Origin: Malacoraja senta
Taxonomy: Eukaryota
Assembly: GCA_038087875.1 (NCBI GenBank)
Contig: CM075988.1
Location: forward strand, 15,748,001-15,812,000
Length of the DNA: 64,000 bases
Direction: 5' to 3'
A program made the position numbers and the translations under genes. The notes below the pieces were generated by a model that saw nothing but the letters and a program-made list of their open reading frames with translations, searched no databases and was not told the origin of the DNA. The stretch's first letter is position 1. The number at the start of each line of letters is the position of its first letter. Shown one piece after another: positions 25,340-40,200 of this stretch.

Positions 25340-26405
25340 GCAACTTATGGAAGAGGGATTCTGAGGGATAAGATATACTTGCATTTACAAAGGCTAGGTT
25401 TGATTAGGGATAGTCAGTATGGTTTTGAACAGAAGATCATATCTCAAAGTTAATCAAGTTTTATGAAGCAGTAACCAAGGAGGTCATCGAGAGCAGAGCA
25501 GTGGACATGGTCTGTATGGCCTTCAAGGTTCTAGGAGGCAAACTGCTATGGAAGGTTGGATCGTATGGAATCCAGCTACAGCTAGCTAATTACATGCATA
25601 ATCAACTTGATGGTAGGAAGCAAAGGGTGACGATGGAAGGTTGCACAGACTGGAGGTCCGTGACCAGTGATGTGGCTCATGTCTCACTGTTTGTGCCCAT
25701 ATCAATGATTTGGATGAGAATGTACAAGGCATTATTGCAAGTTTGGAGATGATACTACATAGACAGTGAAGGTGTTATCAAGAATTACAAGTGACGCCAA
25801 ATTCAGAAGGTATTGCATTTTGGGAAGTCTTTACTTCCCAAATGCTTCACAACTTCACAACAGTGCAGTCGTTTTCTGAGGGGAGTTGTAAAGCAGAGTA
25901 ATCTATGAGTACAAGTATATACTTCCCAAAAGTGTCAGGTGAACAAGGTGGATTTCATCAGTAAGAGCATCGAGTATGGAGATTGGAATGTTATGTCCTG
26001 CTGTAGAAGATGTTGGCAAGGCCACACTTGGGGTGTTGTGTTCATCTCTGGTCACTCTGCTACAGGAAATATGCCATAAGCTGGAGAGAGTGCAGAAAAG
26101 ATACAAGGATGTTGACAGTACTAGAAGGGCAGAGTTATAGAGAGTGGCTAGGTAGGCTGAGACTTTATTTCCTGGAGTTTAAAGAACCCAAGGGGTGATC
26201 TTATGCAAGTGTATAAAATCATGAGGAGCAAAAGGTGAAGATAGTCTTCTTCCCCCTAGAAAAAGAGGGCATACATTTAAAATGAGAGGGAAAGATTAAA
26301 TAGGATGCAGAGGAGCAAGCATATGGAACAAGTTAACAGATGAAGTGATTGAGACAAGTACAGATTACCATTTAAAAGACATTTGGACAGGTACATGGAT
26401 AGATA
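25340..26405 (+). mobile_element. Degenerate CR1 LINE (copy at 34405-35470)
   Basis: Frameshifted RT remnants: KLLWKVGSYGIQ...GRKQRV.MEG..DWRSVTS, RPHLG..V..WS, LERVQK. Confidence 0.75.
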
Positions 26406-27166
26406 ACATAATTTGGGTAACAAGGCAAATGGGTGACATTGCAGGTTGAGACCCTTCTGACTTCTCCAGTCTGAAGAAGGGTCTCAACCCCAAACATCAC
26501 CCATTACTTCTCTCTAGAGATGCTGCCTGTCCCGCTGAGTTACTCCAGCTTTTTGTGTCTATCTTAGACCATTACTTAGAGAGAAGATTTAATATCACTG
26601 ATGCAGCCAGTGAGCTCTCATCACCACCTAATGGCCAGCAGGGCTCAGTGCATACAAAGTCTTCCAGTGGTTTCAAAGACAAACTCAAGTTGCAGTCACT
26701 AAAAGTATCATACTCAGCCTCTCACAAGAACATGAAAGAAAATTCTCTCAATATGTTCACCATAAAAGTACATTAAAAAAAATCAGTAGATTTCAGGAGA
26801 GCAAAATGTTACAGCCACTGCCTCAGTGCCAGAGGCCAGAGTTCAATCCTGGTCTCAGGTGTTGTTGCATGGTGTAAATGTCCTCCTTGTGACCATGTCA
26901 GGTGCTCTAGTTTCCTCCCACAGCCCAAAGACATGCAGGTTGTGGATTAATTGGACACCACAAATCACCCCTAGTGTGCAAATGAGTGGGAGAATCTTGG
27001 ATAGTGTAATGCATGTAAATTGATGGTTAGCTCAGATTCAGCCAGCTGAATAATTGCTGCTGTGCCGTATCTCTATGAATTTGTTAGAACATGTCATTTA
27101 AAAGATAAAAAAATATTGAAAATACTTATCCAGCAGGATTTATGGAGAGTGAAATTGTTAATTTCC

Positions 27167-27366
27167 NNNNNNNNNNNNNNNNNNNNNNNNNNNNNNNNNN
27201 NNNNNNNNNNNNNNNNNNNNNNNNNNNNNNNNNNNNNNNNNNNNNNNNNNNNNNNNNNNNNNNNNNNNNNNNNNNNNNNNNNNNNNNNNNNNNNNNNNNN
27301 NNNNNNNNNNNNNNNNNNNNNNNNNNNNNNNNNNNNNNNNNNNNNNNNNNNNNNNNNNNNNNNNNN
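27167..27366. other. Assembly gap (200 N)
   Basis: Run of exactly 200 N. Confidence 1.
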
Positions 27367-30300
27367 CTAGAGATGCTGTGTGGCCTGTTGAATTACTCCA
27401 ACATCATGTCTATCTGCACTAATTCCCTTTGATTCTCCCCACATCCATAGAATCTCCTGCTCAAAGTTTCATCTCGGAACTGGAGTCAATTTAGATACCA
27501 ACTAGCAAGTGTTTGACATTTGTGGAGACAAACACCTGAAGGGAACCAGTGGTGAGAACTTGCAAGCTCCACACAGTCAGCAGCAGAGTTCACAACTGAA
27601 GCACCGTCAATGGAGTTGGAGCAGCTGCTTTACTTACTGGATCAGCGGACTACTCATTTATAAATCAAAAAGAGCTTTGAATGTCATTGATACATACTGT
27701 TACCCATGCCATTTTAGCAGCTCAGGCCAAAGCCAGCAAGGCAGCTGAATGAAGAGAGTTATGTTATTGTGGGTAGAATGAATCTTGGGGGATTGAAAGT
27801 AAATAACTGCCTGCTCAATGGTGTCCTTGCAATCAGAGCCTGAAAAAAAACAAATCAAAGGATCAATCTTGGGAATCAAGATGAGTCTCATTCTTCACAC
27901 TGATGCCGCTGTTCCACACATGCCAAGGATGTGGGCACCCATTATGACCAAGGTACCATCTTTTGGACTTTTATCTGCAGCAGGTCCTACTCCTTTGCTG
28001 TTGGTTTCTTGGATTGAGATCCAGAGGTAAGGGATTAGCATTGCACAACATGTATATGGTGGTGCAACTCTAGAATAGGTGTCTCCATGCAATGGACACC
28101 TCGTCCTTCTAGGCGAGCTGCAGTTTGGTGGGGTATCAAGTAACATTGGCAAGTTGTGCAGAGCTTCCTGTTTATAGTATACCATTGAATGGGGGTCTAG
28201 AATGGATACAATAAGTCCCTGCCTGCCATCATGCCACTCCTCACAAGGAGAGCTACAACATTTGCTGCACCATCAGTGTTCCAATGCAGTAAACCCTCAT
28301 TTTTAAAAGTCTCTATTAAAATAATATTGGTTATAGCAGGCAGATTTACCAAACTTCACTGCCAGGCCAGCCCCTGGCTGCATCTGCCATCACTGCCTGT
28401 ATTGAGACCTTGGAGCTTTGTAGCTTAGGGCAGGCAAGGCATTGCTTTAATGTTTCAGCTGAAAAAAGGCACCTCTGTCAGTATGGTTCTTGCTCTGCTT
28501 AAACTTTATTTCTGGCCCTCTGCACATGAACTGACATGCAGTACCACAAATGCCACTTTTATAGCAGACAATCTGCAATATCTTGGGGAACGGCTGCTAA
28601 CCAGCAGCCGTCCATTAAATTCACTTTTTTTAAACTTAGTTTTTAGTTTTTCTTGTCTTTGTCTCGTGGGGAATTTTGACTTTTAATGTGGGGGGGTAAG
28701 GGGAAACTATTTTCTAGGTCCCTATCTGGTCGGTGAGGCAGCCCCGTCGACACGTCCTTGTGGACTACCAGTGGGCGTGGAGTGGCGTTTCCTGGCGGGG
28801 ACTGCCCAGCACCTTCAGCTTCGGTGGCAGCACAGCACTGGAGCACTATCACGGAGCGGAGCGGGCGATGCCTTGCCTGGGTTGCCGTGCTGGAGCTCCG
28901 GTGAGCTGTGGCCGCCTTGCTCAACACCTCCGGGCTGCGGGACTGCGGAGCGGCCAGCCGCGGGCGGCGGCGCCGACCCTAACATCGGGAGCCTCGGAGC
29001 TCCAAATCGGCGTGGCCTTGTTGGCTTCAGGTGCCGCGGACTCCGGTAGGAAATCGGCCGTCCCAGGTGGCCCAGCCGCTGCGAGGACTCTCCCGACGCC
29101 GGGGCAACAACACCCGGATAGAACGGCCAGGAACATCGGGCCTCCGTAGAGGCAACTGTGGAGGCCTCAATAGGCCTGACTTTGGGTGAACTGGGGTTGG
29201 GGACTGGACATTGTGCCTTCCCCCACAGTGATAATCATTGTGGGGGGGGATGATTTTTGTCTGTAAATTATATTTTATTTTGTGTCCAAGATGGCTGCCG
29301 GAGGGGGGAGTGGACGCTGGCGCGCTTTAGCAGCTGCTGCTCTCTTCCATATTGTGTTTTTTGATTTTTGTTTTTGGATTGAATTCTGGCTTTAATTTCT
29401 GTACTCGTGATGTCTTTACTATTTATTTCATTCCGCTTACATGTTTCTACACTTTGTTAAACTTTGTAAAGTGTCCTTGAGACTTTTGAAAGGCGCCCAT
29501 AAATAAAATGTATTATTATTATGGTCTATTATAACAAGAATTTGCTGTACGGGGACATAACAAAGGCAATTTCCCCATAAAAAAACTACACAGTTGTACT
29601 ATGTGAAGTCACTGCAGAAATGAAGCTTTTAGTCTGGAATGACCCAAGAGCAAATGATCTCTACTGCATGGTGCAAGGACAACTGAACCACTGCCATTCA
29701 CAGCACAAACTTTAGTTTCAAAAACCTTCATTTGGTATCAGCCAAGAACACAGGACAAGTTGGCAATCAAATTTAAAAAGTGGCTTTTTATTTAATATAC
29801 ATTTTCAAACATTTCCATTGGAGATTAAAAAAAACGTCTAATGCCAAGTTAAACACTGACCTATTATAATATAAACATCTGTAATAAGAATTTAAATCTT
29901 AACATAATAAAATTTGTCCTCGAGGAAGTTTAAGAGATCGTGTAAATAAGTGTAGATGAGCTCAATGCTAGAACACCAAATTCATCTCCTATAGAACGTC
30001 AGAACACGCAGACTTGTCAGTAAATCTTCTGGATTGCCAGAAAATTGACTTCACAATACGATAAAGTAAGAGAAGGAAAATAGAGCAAGATAAAGGAAAG
30101 GACAATTCAGATCAGTGCTTGGTATTTACCCAATGATACCGATCATTGTGAGGATATGTGAACATATGGTTGGAAACTCTGTACATTTTGTAGACTTTTT
30201 GGAGAGGGTAGCAGCCTTTAGTATCTTCTGTGATAGTTTTCTTGTGTGTAAACCTGGGCCAGACAGCTGCATGGTATGTGTAGTAATCATACTGCAAGAA

Positions 30301-33300
30301 AACAAAATGACAATTACTTAAAGCAACTCAGTTACAATACGTGGTCCAAACAGTTCAGTCTAGAGATTCAGCGTGGAAACGGGCCCTTCAGCCCACTGAG
30401 TTCATGTTCACCACCAATCACCTGTTCACACAATTCCTGCATTACCGAACTCAATCATCAAGTTCGCCGACGACACCACAGTTGTGGGACGTATCACTGA
30501 TGGAGTCGAGTCAGAGTATAGAAGTGAGATCGACCGGTTGACCAAATGGTGCCAGCACAATAACCTGGCTCTCAACACCAGCAAAACCAAGGAACTGATT
30601 GTGGACTTTGGAAGGAGTAGGATGGAGACCCACAGTCCTATACATATATACAGAGTTCCCACAGACAGCACACAGAGTCTGGTTCAAACCTGGGTCTCTG
30701 GCACTGTGAGGCTGCAACTCTACCAGCTGTCCCCCCCCCCCCCCCCCATCACAATGTGGTATATTTTTGTAGTATCTTCAGATTTGTATCCAATGATCAT
30801 CATGTTCAATTAATGCACTGCCTCAGAACAGACCTGGAGATCTCTCTACCCAACAAAGTGTTCTCTTATAAAACTAGATTTCTCCATTGACATTTATGGT
30901 ATGGTTTACATCCAACTATTTCCAGTTTGTTTCAATTGCCCAGATTCTTCAGCATTTGCCCATTTCATATTACTTCCACTTTAGATAATATTGCCCACCA
31001 GTCAAATCCCAAACCAACTTCAGGGAAGTTGTCCATGTCCTTCAGCGTTGCAAGTAAATTAGATCAGGGTACGGTCTGTCGTTTAATTTTCCCTGAGCTA
31101 ATCTACAATTGAAGAAAAATACTAAAGATTCCTTCCAATTTCAGATTTACTAACTGTCCTCGCCACATTTACTTAAATTTTTTTTATTTTTTTAAAAATA
31201 AACAGCTGATCTGTAGAAAATAGATTTAAATCTGCAGTACCCTGCATACCAAATTAGAGACAAGAGTAAAGCATTTTGGCCAATGGTTTAATATCATTTT
31301 CATTTCACCTTGTACAGGTTAGCACCATAATGAATGGATGGATCTCAGCCTTGGGACATTTCAGCATTGAAAATTACAGGCAAGCGTCATCCTGTCCCCT
31401 TTGTAAGCATCTGCTTCCAGCTGTTACTGGATAGATTAAATCCATAAGCAAGTAGGTTCACATTGAATTACCCCTTTTCAGAAAGGAAAAACACTTGGCA
31501 CCTTTTGCCCCAAGCAACAGAGTTATATACCCTGTAGCAGAGTGTTATTTCTTAATGGGAAGCTAATCAAGGGTATCATTTAACAAAACACTCGAGTATC
31601 AGTAATACATACTTATGCAACTGACAATATGCTAGCCAGTTTTTGTTAATAATCTTAGAACAGGATTTTAACTTGCAAGTATAGATAGCAAGATGATTAA
31701 CAATGTTGATCCTGTCTCATTAAGGAAATATTAAAACAAATATTTTGCTCACTCTTTATTTCAGTTGACAAACATAAATGTACTCAGTTTTCAGGGCAAC
31801 ATGTTATTAAGACACCACAGCTTCTTCGGTCTGAAGAAGGGTCTCGACCAGAAACGTCCCCTATTCCTTCACTCCATAAATGCTGCCTCACCCGCTGAGT
31901 TTCTCCAGCATTTGTCTACCTTAGATGTTTCCAGCATCTGCAGTTCTTTCTTAAACAGCTTCTAAATAGTTTGTTGAAGATTGCTACAAGGTGGAGCACC
32001 AAGACAATTAAAAAAAAATCAAAGTTGGCTTTCAAGAAGCACAAGCTTATTGGCAATGGGTGTTTGACTGACTGTCACAAAATCCTTTTAGCTCTTAAAA
32101 TACTAAAATATCTAAATTGAGAGCCACTGGAAATACCTTGGCAGTGAACTCTACTACTATACCTGGTAGATGCTCTTTGGGTTAATCACAGTGGGGATGG
32201 TTTGGGGTTCTTCTCCAGGGATTTCTCCTCCCCCAAAGCCGTTGCCCATGTAAATACTGTTTGGGTTGCTCACGATTGGTATGGTCTTTGTTTCTGAAGC
32301 TGCAGTGAAGTTTTCCTCTTCCCCATGGGCATTGCTTCGAGCATAAATTGCACTCAGCTCTTTGTTATAGTTTTCCTCATCTGAAGATGTACCAGAGAAA
32401 TAATCCGAACTTGCTCGTTCTGCTGCATTGCTGATGTGCTTGAAGACTTCCTGATTAGAGTTCTGTTCCTCCAACCTCGTTATAATGAATGGCTGGTTCT
32501 TTTCGCCACACCTGAAATAAGAGTACATCAGTCAAACAATTGACTACCAAACTTATTTATACCCCAAGTCCCCATCAGTTTGTGGGAGAACAGTCTCTGA
32601 TGATTTTAAGTGATTCAGGAACAACTTCTTCCCAACAACCATCATTACTAACACCAACAAAACTACAAACTTTCTTGGCTATTGTTCAGACCTTGAAATT
32701 CTGGGGGCACTAATTGACCAGAATATTTAAACTTAACCCTTACCTACACCACACTTCATATGGATCCACCCATATAGTGAGCTCCTTCGGCAGTTCCAAA
32801 GAAGAATATTCAATATTGCTTTCTACACAAGCCTGAAAGAGGACCAGATCCCGTGGTTGATTCTTGTTTATTCTGATACACCTGGAGAAAAACATTTTGT
32901 CAGGGAACACAACAAGATAATATCAGCCAAATTGGGCCATGTGTGATGGCCCAACAACACTCTCCTCAAATGCTCTCTTCTGTGAAAGGAAAATTGAAAC
33001 AAGATGCTTCAAACCACCAAATTCCATTTTATTGGTGCTAGATTTTCATATGAACACTATTTGAAATTCTTCTTCTCACATCTAAAAAATATTTTAAAAC
33101 ATCACACTGCTGTGGGGCTAATCCCAGTAAGTATGCTAGGACCCCCCCCCCCCCCCCCCCCACTTTGAAGAACCAGTTGCAGCCATGCGAGAATTAATTT
33201 CTCCATCCTTCTAATTTCACCGCCAATATGGATTTAAAATTAAACAGATGCAGTTGTCTTAGTGGGATGCAAACCTTCAGCTCAGAATCATGAAGCTAGG

Positions 33301-36231
33301 ATTATTTGTCCAGTTAAAACTACCATGTTTACTACAGTGAACATTCCAATTCACCCAGAAGAATCTAGTTTGATTGTTGCCCACAAGCAATATTTAAAAT
33401 GAATATTGGCAGTTTTCCAGGTGTATTATCTTTATCCAATATAACCACAAAACCAATTGTCTGATGATATTTCTTCTCCCCACCCAAAGGAAAAGAACCA
33501 ATTTCACTGAACTAGGCTACTCGACAGCCCCACAACTGTCAGAAAGGAAGGGACATTTCAATGCTTTGAAAGGCACTAAACAATCAAGAGTCCATGCTTG
33601 TTCAGTTTCAATGTAAATCACAATCCCAACAAGGTCGAGGTTCAGACAAGGCAATAATGCCTTCTTAGCAAGATCAGCCATGATCACAATGAATGGCTCG
33701 AAGGGCCAAATGGCCTCCTCTTGCACCTATTTTCTATGTCTCACAAAAGACACATTTATTGGGTCATGTATTACAACCACATCCAAAGCAATATATCCAA
33801 ATGTTTCCAGCTAAGACAGTACATTCCTACCTGTAGGCTTGTCCTCTAGAAGGGTTTCCACAGTACCAGTGGTTCTTGTATTTTTGAAATAGTATTTTTG
33901 TCAGTTTGTTCCCAAATTTCTCCATCTTCTGCTTGCTGAATTTCTCATTTTTCTTCACCAGTCGGGTGATGAAAACTACTGTGGCAGCAATCTCTTCTTT
34001 CATGGTTTCAATAAATTGTACCTGGAAGGTTAATTAGATTTTTAACAAAGTCTTCCCTGTGCGACAGGTAACAACAATTCATGTCAGAGACAGTTAAAAT
34101 AAACTTCAACCCAAAATACTTTTTTTTGTATTGTCACACATTTAAAGAGGGAAGACCATCAGCCCAAGTCTGAGCTGCCATTTCCAATTCAATTAATCAT
34201 GCAAGGAAACTAAAAAGGATATAATTTAGCACATACATGACATGGTTTTACTTACGCAAGTCAGAATACATTGGAATAACTTAACTCAATTGAAATGTTA
34301 ATTGGCATGAATAGGTTTCAATAGCACCTTTTCAAAACTCAAGACAATGATTCAAGAAGAATTCATTGCATTTACAGCAAGAGGCATTTACCCCTGTGAG
34401 GTGGGCAACTTATGGAAGAGGGATTCTGAGGGATAAGATATACTTGCATTTACAAAGGCTAGGTTTGATTAGGGATAGTCAGTATGGTTTTGAACAGAAG
34501 ATCATATCTCAAAGTTAATCAAGTTTTATGAAGCAGTAACCAAGGAGGTCATCGAGAGCAGAGCAGTGGACATGGTCTGTATGGCCTTCAAGGTTCTAGG
34601 AGGCAAACTGCTATGGAAGGTTGGATCGTATGGAATCCAGCTACAGCTAGCTAATTACATGCATAATCAACTTGATGGTAGGAAGCAAAGGGTGACGATG
34701 GAAGGTTGCACAGACTGGAGGTCCGTGACCAGTGATGTGGCTCATGTCTCACTGTTTGTGCCCATATCAATGATTTGGATGAGAATGTACAAGGCATTAT
34801 TGCAAGTTTGGAGATGATACTACATAGACAGTGAAGGTGTTATCAAGAATTACAAGTGACGCCAAATTCAGAAGGTATTGCATTTTGGGAAGTCTTTACT
34901 TCCCAAATGCTTCACAACTTCACAACAGTGCAGTCGTTTTCTGAGGGGAGTTGTAAAGCAGAGTAATCTATGAGTACAAGTATATACTTCCCAAAAGTGT
35001 CAGGTGAACAAGGTGGATTTCATCAGTAAGAGCATCGAGTATGGAGATTGGAATGTTATGTCCTGCTGTAGAAGATGTTGGCAAGGCCACACTTGGGGTG
35101 TTGTGTTCATCTCTGGTCACTCTGCTACAGGAAATATGCCATAAGCTGGAGAGAGTGCAGAAAAGATACAAGGATGTTGACAGTACTAGAAGGGCAGAGT
35201 TATAGAGAGTGGCTAGGTAGGCTGAGACTTTATTTCCTGGAGTTTAAAGAACCCAAGGGGTGATCTTATGCAAGTGTATAAAATCATGAGGAGCAAAAGG
35301 TGAAGATAGTCTTCTTCCCCCTAGAAAAAGAGGGCATACATTTAAAATGAGAGGGAAAGATTAAATAGGATGCAGAGGAGCAAGCATATGGAACAAGTTA
35401 ACAGATGAAGTGATTGAGACAAGTACAGATTACCATTTAAAAGACATTTGGACAGGTACATGGATAGATAACATAATTTGGGTAACAAGGCAAATGGGTG
35501 ACATTGCAGGTTGAGACCCTTCTGACTTCTCCAGTCTGAAGAAGGGTCTCAACCCCAAACATCACCCATTACTTCTCTCTAGAGATGCTGCCTGTCCCGC
35601 TGAGTTACTCCAGCTTTTTGTGTCTATCTTAGACCATTACTTAGAGAGAAGATTTAATATCACTGATGCAGCCAGTGAGCTCTCATCACCACCTAATGGC
35701 CAGCAGGGCTCAGTGCATACAAAGTCTTCCAGTGGTTTCAAAGACAAACTCAAGTTGCAGTCACTAAAAGTATCATACTCAGCCTCTCACAAGAACATGA
35801 AAGAAAATTCTCTCAATATGTTCACCATAAAAGTACATTAAAAAAAATCAGTAGATTTCAGGAGAGCAAAATGTTACAGCCACTGCCTCAGTGCCAGAGG
35901 CCAGAGTTCAATCCTGGTCTCAGGTGTTGTTGCATGGTGTAAATGTCCTCCTTGTGACCATGTCAGGTGCTCTAGTTTCCTCCCACAGCCCAAAGACATG
36001 CAGGTTGTGGATTAATTGGACACCACAAATCACCCCTAGTGTGCAAATGAGTGGGAGAATCTTGGATAGTGTAATGCATGTAAATTGATGGTTAGCTCAG
36101 ATTCAGCCAGCTGAATAATTGCTGCTGTGCCGTATCTCTATGAATTTGTTAGAACATGTCATTTAAAAGATAAAAAAATATTGAAAATACTTATCCAGCA
36201 GGATTTATGGAGAGTGAAATTGTTAATTTCC
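27367..36231. repeat. Copy 2 of the ~8.87 kb duplication
   Basis: Begins CTAGAGATGCTGTGTGG as at 18301 and matches to ...GTTAATTTCC at 36231, after which unique sequence continues. Confidence 0.97.
30112..34003 (-). CDS. BTG4: BTG4, copy 2 (identical coding sequence; contiguous with the upstream promoter side)
   Basis: Exons 34003-33831, 32881-32744, 32511-32163, 30291-30112 (copy 1 + 9065). An acceptor at 34021 leaves 18 nt of 5' UTR, so a non-coding first exon lies further upstream. Confidence 0.93.
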
Positions 36232-37006
36232 TACCACCAAAACCAATATCAACTCCATTCTCACTGCCTATCCAGTCTTTCCATCACTAAATCATTACAG
36301 CCACACATTTTCCACAATTCAAAAGCCAACTAGAACACTCCTGGCCTGAGTCTGGCTGAGGTTAACTGAGACATCTGGTCATTACCTATTTATCACCCCC
36401 ATCATTCATTAAACCACAAGATAGAGAAAAGCATAATAACAAACTCAACCCAGTCCATTAGTAATAATTAATTTAAAAAACAAACTGGTTTCTATTCACA
36501 TATCAATGGAACAGAAACTAACAACCCTGAGTTCTAAAACTACTAGTCCTCAAACATATTTAAAAGCTATGTTCTTGCTTTGTGGGGGATGCTTCAAGCC
36601 CAGTCACCTACCAGCAGTGCTCTCAAAGTTCTAATGCCAAACTCCTGGGGGAGGTGGGGCCTTTATGGGGAAATGAAGCATCATGGGAAACCCACAATTA
36701 ACTCTAAGATCAAAGAAAATCCCACTCATCAGTTTCTTCAACTTGTCCTTTGGAGTATTTTAGACATTGCAGGATACTAATCGTTTTTATTCAGGTTTAG
36801 GTTTATTGCTGTTATTGTCACATGTACCGAGGTGCAGTGAAAAGCTCTGCTTTGCATGCTATCCAAACATTCTAATTCCTCTGAGAAGTTTCACCATTGT
36901 ATTCTCTGAATTGGCCAGGTCATTGTCTTGGTCTAATATCTCATCCTTCAGCTGATATCACTGGGGAGAAAATGTCACAATTATGTTGCCATTTTTGGGG
37001 ATCTAC

Positions 37007-37239
37007 TGTAGCGGCACCTGCTGGTGCCTTGGGGTAGTCGAACCCTTTGATTGGCTACCTCGGACACGTGACCGTGGGGAGGGGTTTACCCACACTTTTT
37101 TGGGCAAACCCATTAATTCTGTTCACCACCGTTGTGGTAGCGACACTGTTATTTAGTTGTCTTAAGACCATCGTTGTTTTCATTTAACTTTCGTTATAAA
37201 GTTCTTTGGAAATCAACCTACATTCTCGACTCTGCTAAA
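37007..37239 (+). repeat. 5' LTR
   Basis: Direct repeat of 42309-42541; about 24 mismatches by eye. Confidence 0.92.
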
Positions 37240-37267
37240 CTGGTGACCCCGACACGCCCAATTGATA

Positions 37268-40200
37268 ATGGACGCTGATATGCAAGACGCCGCAGGGGAC
37301 ATGCAAGACGCCGCAGGGGACATGCAAGACGCCGCAGGGGACATGCAAGACGCCGCAGGGGACATGCAAGACGCCGTTCCCGATGCTCATCAGAGCGCCG
37401 TCAGCCTCAAGCTGCCGGTGTTCTGGCCCGAACAGCCTCAAGTGTGGTTCGCGCACGTGGAGGCACAGTTCCACCTGCGCCATATAGTGGTGGATGAGAC
37501 TAAGCGCCATATAGTGGTGGATGAGACTAAGTATTTCCACGTAGGGGCACTTACGCAGGAGACAGCTTCCCGATTGCTGCCTTTCCTGCAGAACCAACCC
37601 GCGACCGCCAAGTACAACGGCCTCAAGGCCTCCTCCTGCACACTTTCGGGCTCAGCCACCGGGATCGCGCTGCCCGCCTCCTGCACATGGACAGTTTGGG
37701 CGATCGCAAGCCGTCCGCGCTCATGGCCGAGATGCTTGCTCTCATGGACGACCACCGTCCGTGCCTGCTTTACGAGCAAGACTTTTCAGAACTGAAGCCG
37801 GATGACGTCCTCCTCATGCTCGCGGGCGCTGATTTCGCCGACCCTCTGCAGCTCGCCGAACGGGCTGACGAATTTTGGCTGGCGAAGCACTAAGATGGCG
37901 GCGCCATTAACCGCGTTTCCGCGCTAGCGTGCCCTTCGCCTCAGCGTGAACGTGACGAACCCCACCCAAGAGTTCCAACACGGAGCCACAGCAGTGATCC
38001 GGGACTCGCGGTAAGCACCGATGGTGTTTTTATCACCTCCGATGGGGTGCTGAGGCCCGACGCTGCCGCCAGCCCTATACGTTTCAGGGAAATGCCTCGG
38101 CCGATTGTCTGTAGAGGCGATCATGATCGGCCCAACATCCGCCTCTACGACCACGACCGCCACTCCGGCCGACGCTTTCTCGTGGACTCCAGTGCCATTG
38201 TCAGCATCCTCCCGCCGACCGGGCGCGACACTCGTGCTGGTAAGCGGGGTCCTGTGCTCATGGCCGTCAACGGGAGCACCATCCGCACTTACGGTACGCG
38301 GACCCTCTCACTCACTTTCGACTCCTGCCCATACGAGAGGACGTTTATCATGGCGGACGTCGCTCAGCCGCTCCTGGGGGCCGAATTCTCACGTGCGTTT
38401 TCCCTCGTCGTGGATGTATGGGGCGGGCGTATGACTCTGCGATCGGCCATCGGCTCCACCACTCCGCGGCCCCCGCCCCCAGCGGACACACAACTCAGCA
38501 TCGTCGCCGAGGTCGATGGTCCATACACCTTCCTGCTCTCTGACTTTCCTGAGCTCCTCACACCCCGTTTCAGCGCAGCAGCCCCTAAACACATTCCCAC
38601 CGTGGGCCCTCCGGTAAATGCCCGGGCGCGCCGCCTCCGCCCGGACAAGCTGCGCATCGCCCGGGATGAGTTTCACTAATGGAGGGATCGTCCGGCGGTC
38701 AGACAGCCCTTGGGCCTCCCCGCTACATATGGTCCCGAAAGCATCTGGGGGGTGGAGACCTTGCGGGGATTACAAGCGTCTGAATGCCATGACCATGGGG
38801 GACCACTACCCGGCGCCCCATATTCAGGACTTCTCCGCACATCTCGAGGGCGCCGCTTTCTTTTCGAAAGTTGACCTCGTCCGGGGATACAACCAGATCC
38901 CCGTGCACCCCGAAGACGTCCCGAAAACCGCGACGATCACCCCGTTCGGCCTGTTTGAATGGCTCCGCATGCCCTTCGGGTTAGAAAACGCCATGCAGGC
39001 ATTCCAGTGACTTATGGACCAAGTCGGGCGGGGCCTGTCTTTTGTGTTTATTTATCTGGACGACATCCTCGTCGCCAGCCCCTCGCAGGACGTGCATGTC
39101 GCCCACCTTCGGACACTGTTCCAACGCCTCCGCGAGTACGGCCTCGTTATCAACCCCGCGAAGTGCCAGTTCGGCCTTCGCTCCATCTCCATCCTGGGAC
39201 ACAGCGTTACACCCAAGGGCGCTGCACGCTACCCGCGAAAGTCTAGGCCATTCGGCAGTTCCCCCGGCTACTCACTGTGAAAGGGTTACAGGAGTTTGTC
39301 GGCATGGTGAATTTCTATCACTGTTTCGTGCCGGCAGCTACTAACATCATGCTCTATTCCATTGTCTGGCAGGTAAGCCGCTGGAACTCGTGTGGTCCTC
39401 GGAGGCGGACGCAGCGTTCGAGGGTGCAAAGGCAGCCTTGGCCCACGCTACCATGTTGGTCCACCCACGTGCCTCCACTCCCACCGCCCTCACCATGGAC
39501 GCCTCGAACGCCATGGTGGGAGGCGTCCTGGAGCAGCTCGTGGACGGTAGCTGGCAGCCGCTGGCCTTTTTCAGCCGCCAGCTGCGAGCTCCTGAATGTA
39601 ATTACAGCGCCGTCGACCGCGAGCTCCTGGCATTGTATCTAGCTATAATGCATTTTAGGTATTTTCTCGAGGGCCGGGCATTTACTGCTTTCACGGACCA
39701 CAAGCCCCTCACTTTCGCCCTGGGCAAGATCTCCGATCCGTGGTCTGCCCGGCAACAGAGACACCTCGCCTATATATCAGAGTTTACTACCGACATCCGA
39801 CATATCGTGGGTAAACTGAACATCGTTGCCGACGCCTTGTCCCGCCCTGCTATTCCCTCCGTTTCGGCCATCGACCATGGCGTCGACTACGCCGAGCTGG
39901 CAGCAGCGCAGCGTGCAGATGCAGGCATGGAAGGCTACCGCACCGCTGTTTCTGGTCTTCAGCTGGCTGAAGTGCCGTGCGGGACTGCGGGCACCATGGT
40001 CCCGTACGACGTCTCCTTGGGTCGGGCCCGCCCCATCGTCCCTGTCAGTTGGCGACGCTGGGTTTTCAACGCTGTCCACGGTCCGGCCCATCCGTCCATA
40101 CGAGCGACTTCCGGGCTGGTGGCGGCCAAGTTTGTTTGGCATTGGCTCCGCAAACAGGTGGCAGCCTGGGCTCGCGCGTGTGTTCCTTACCAGACCTCCA

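Larger units (their letters stand above)
18301..27166. repeat. Copy 1 of an ~8.87 kb near-identical direct duplication
   Basis: All ORFs recur at +9066/+9065; the only difference I noticed is A9 vs A8 near 18777/27843. Confidence 0.97.

Noticed and set aside
27062-27432. ORFs containing runs of X
   Set aside because: Artefacts of translating through the N gap.
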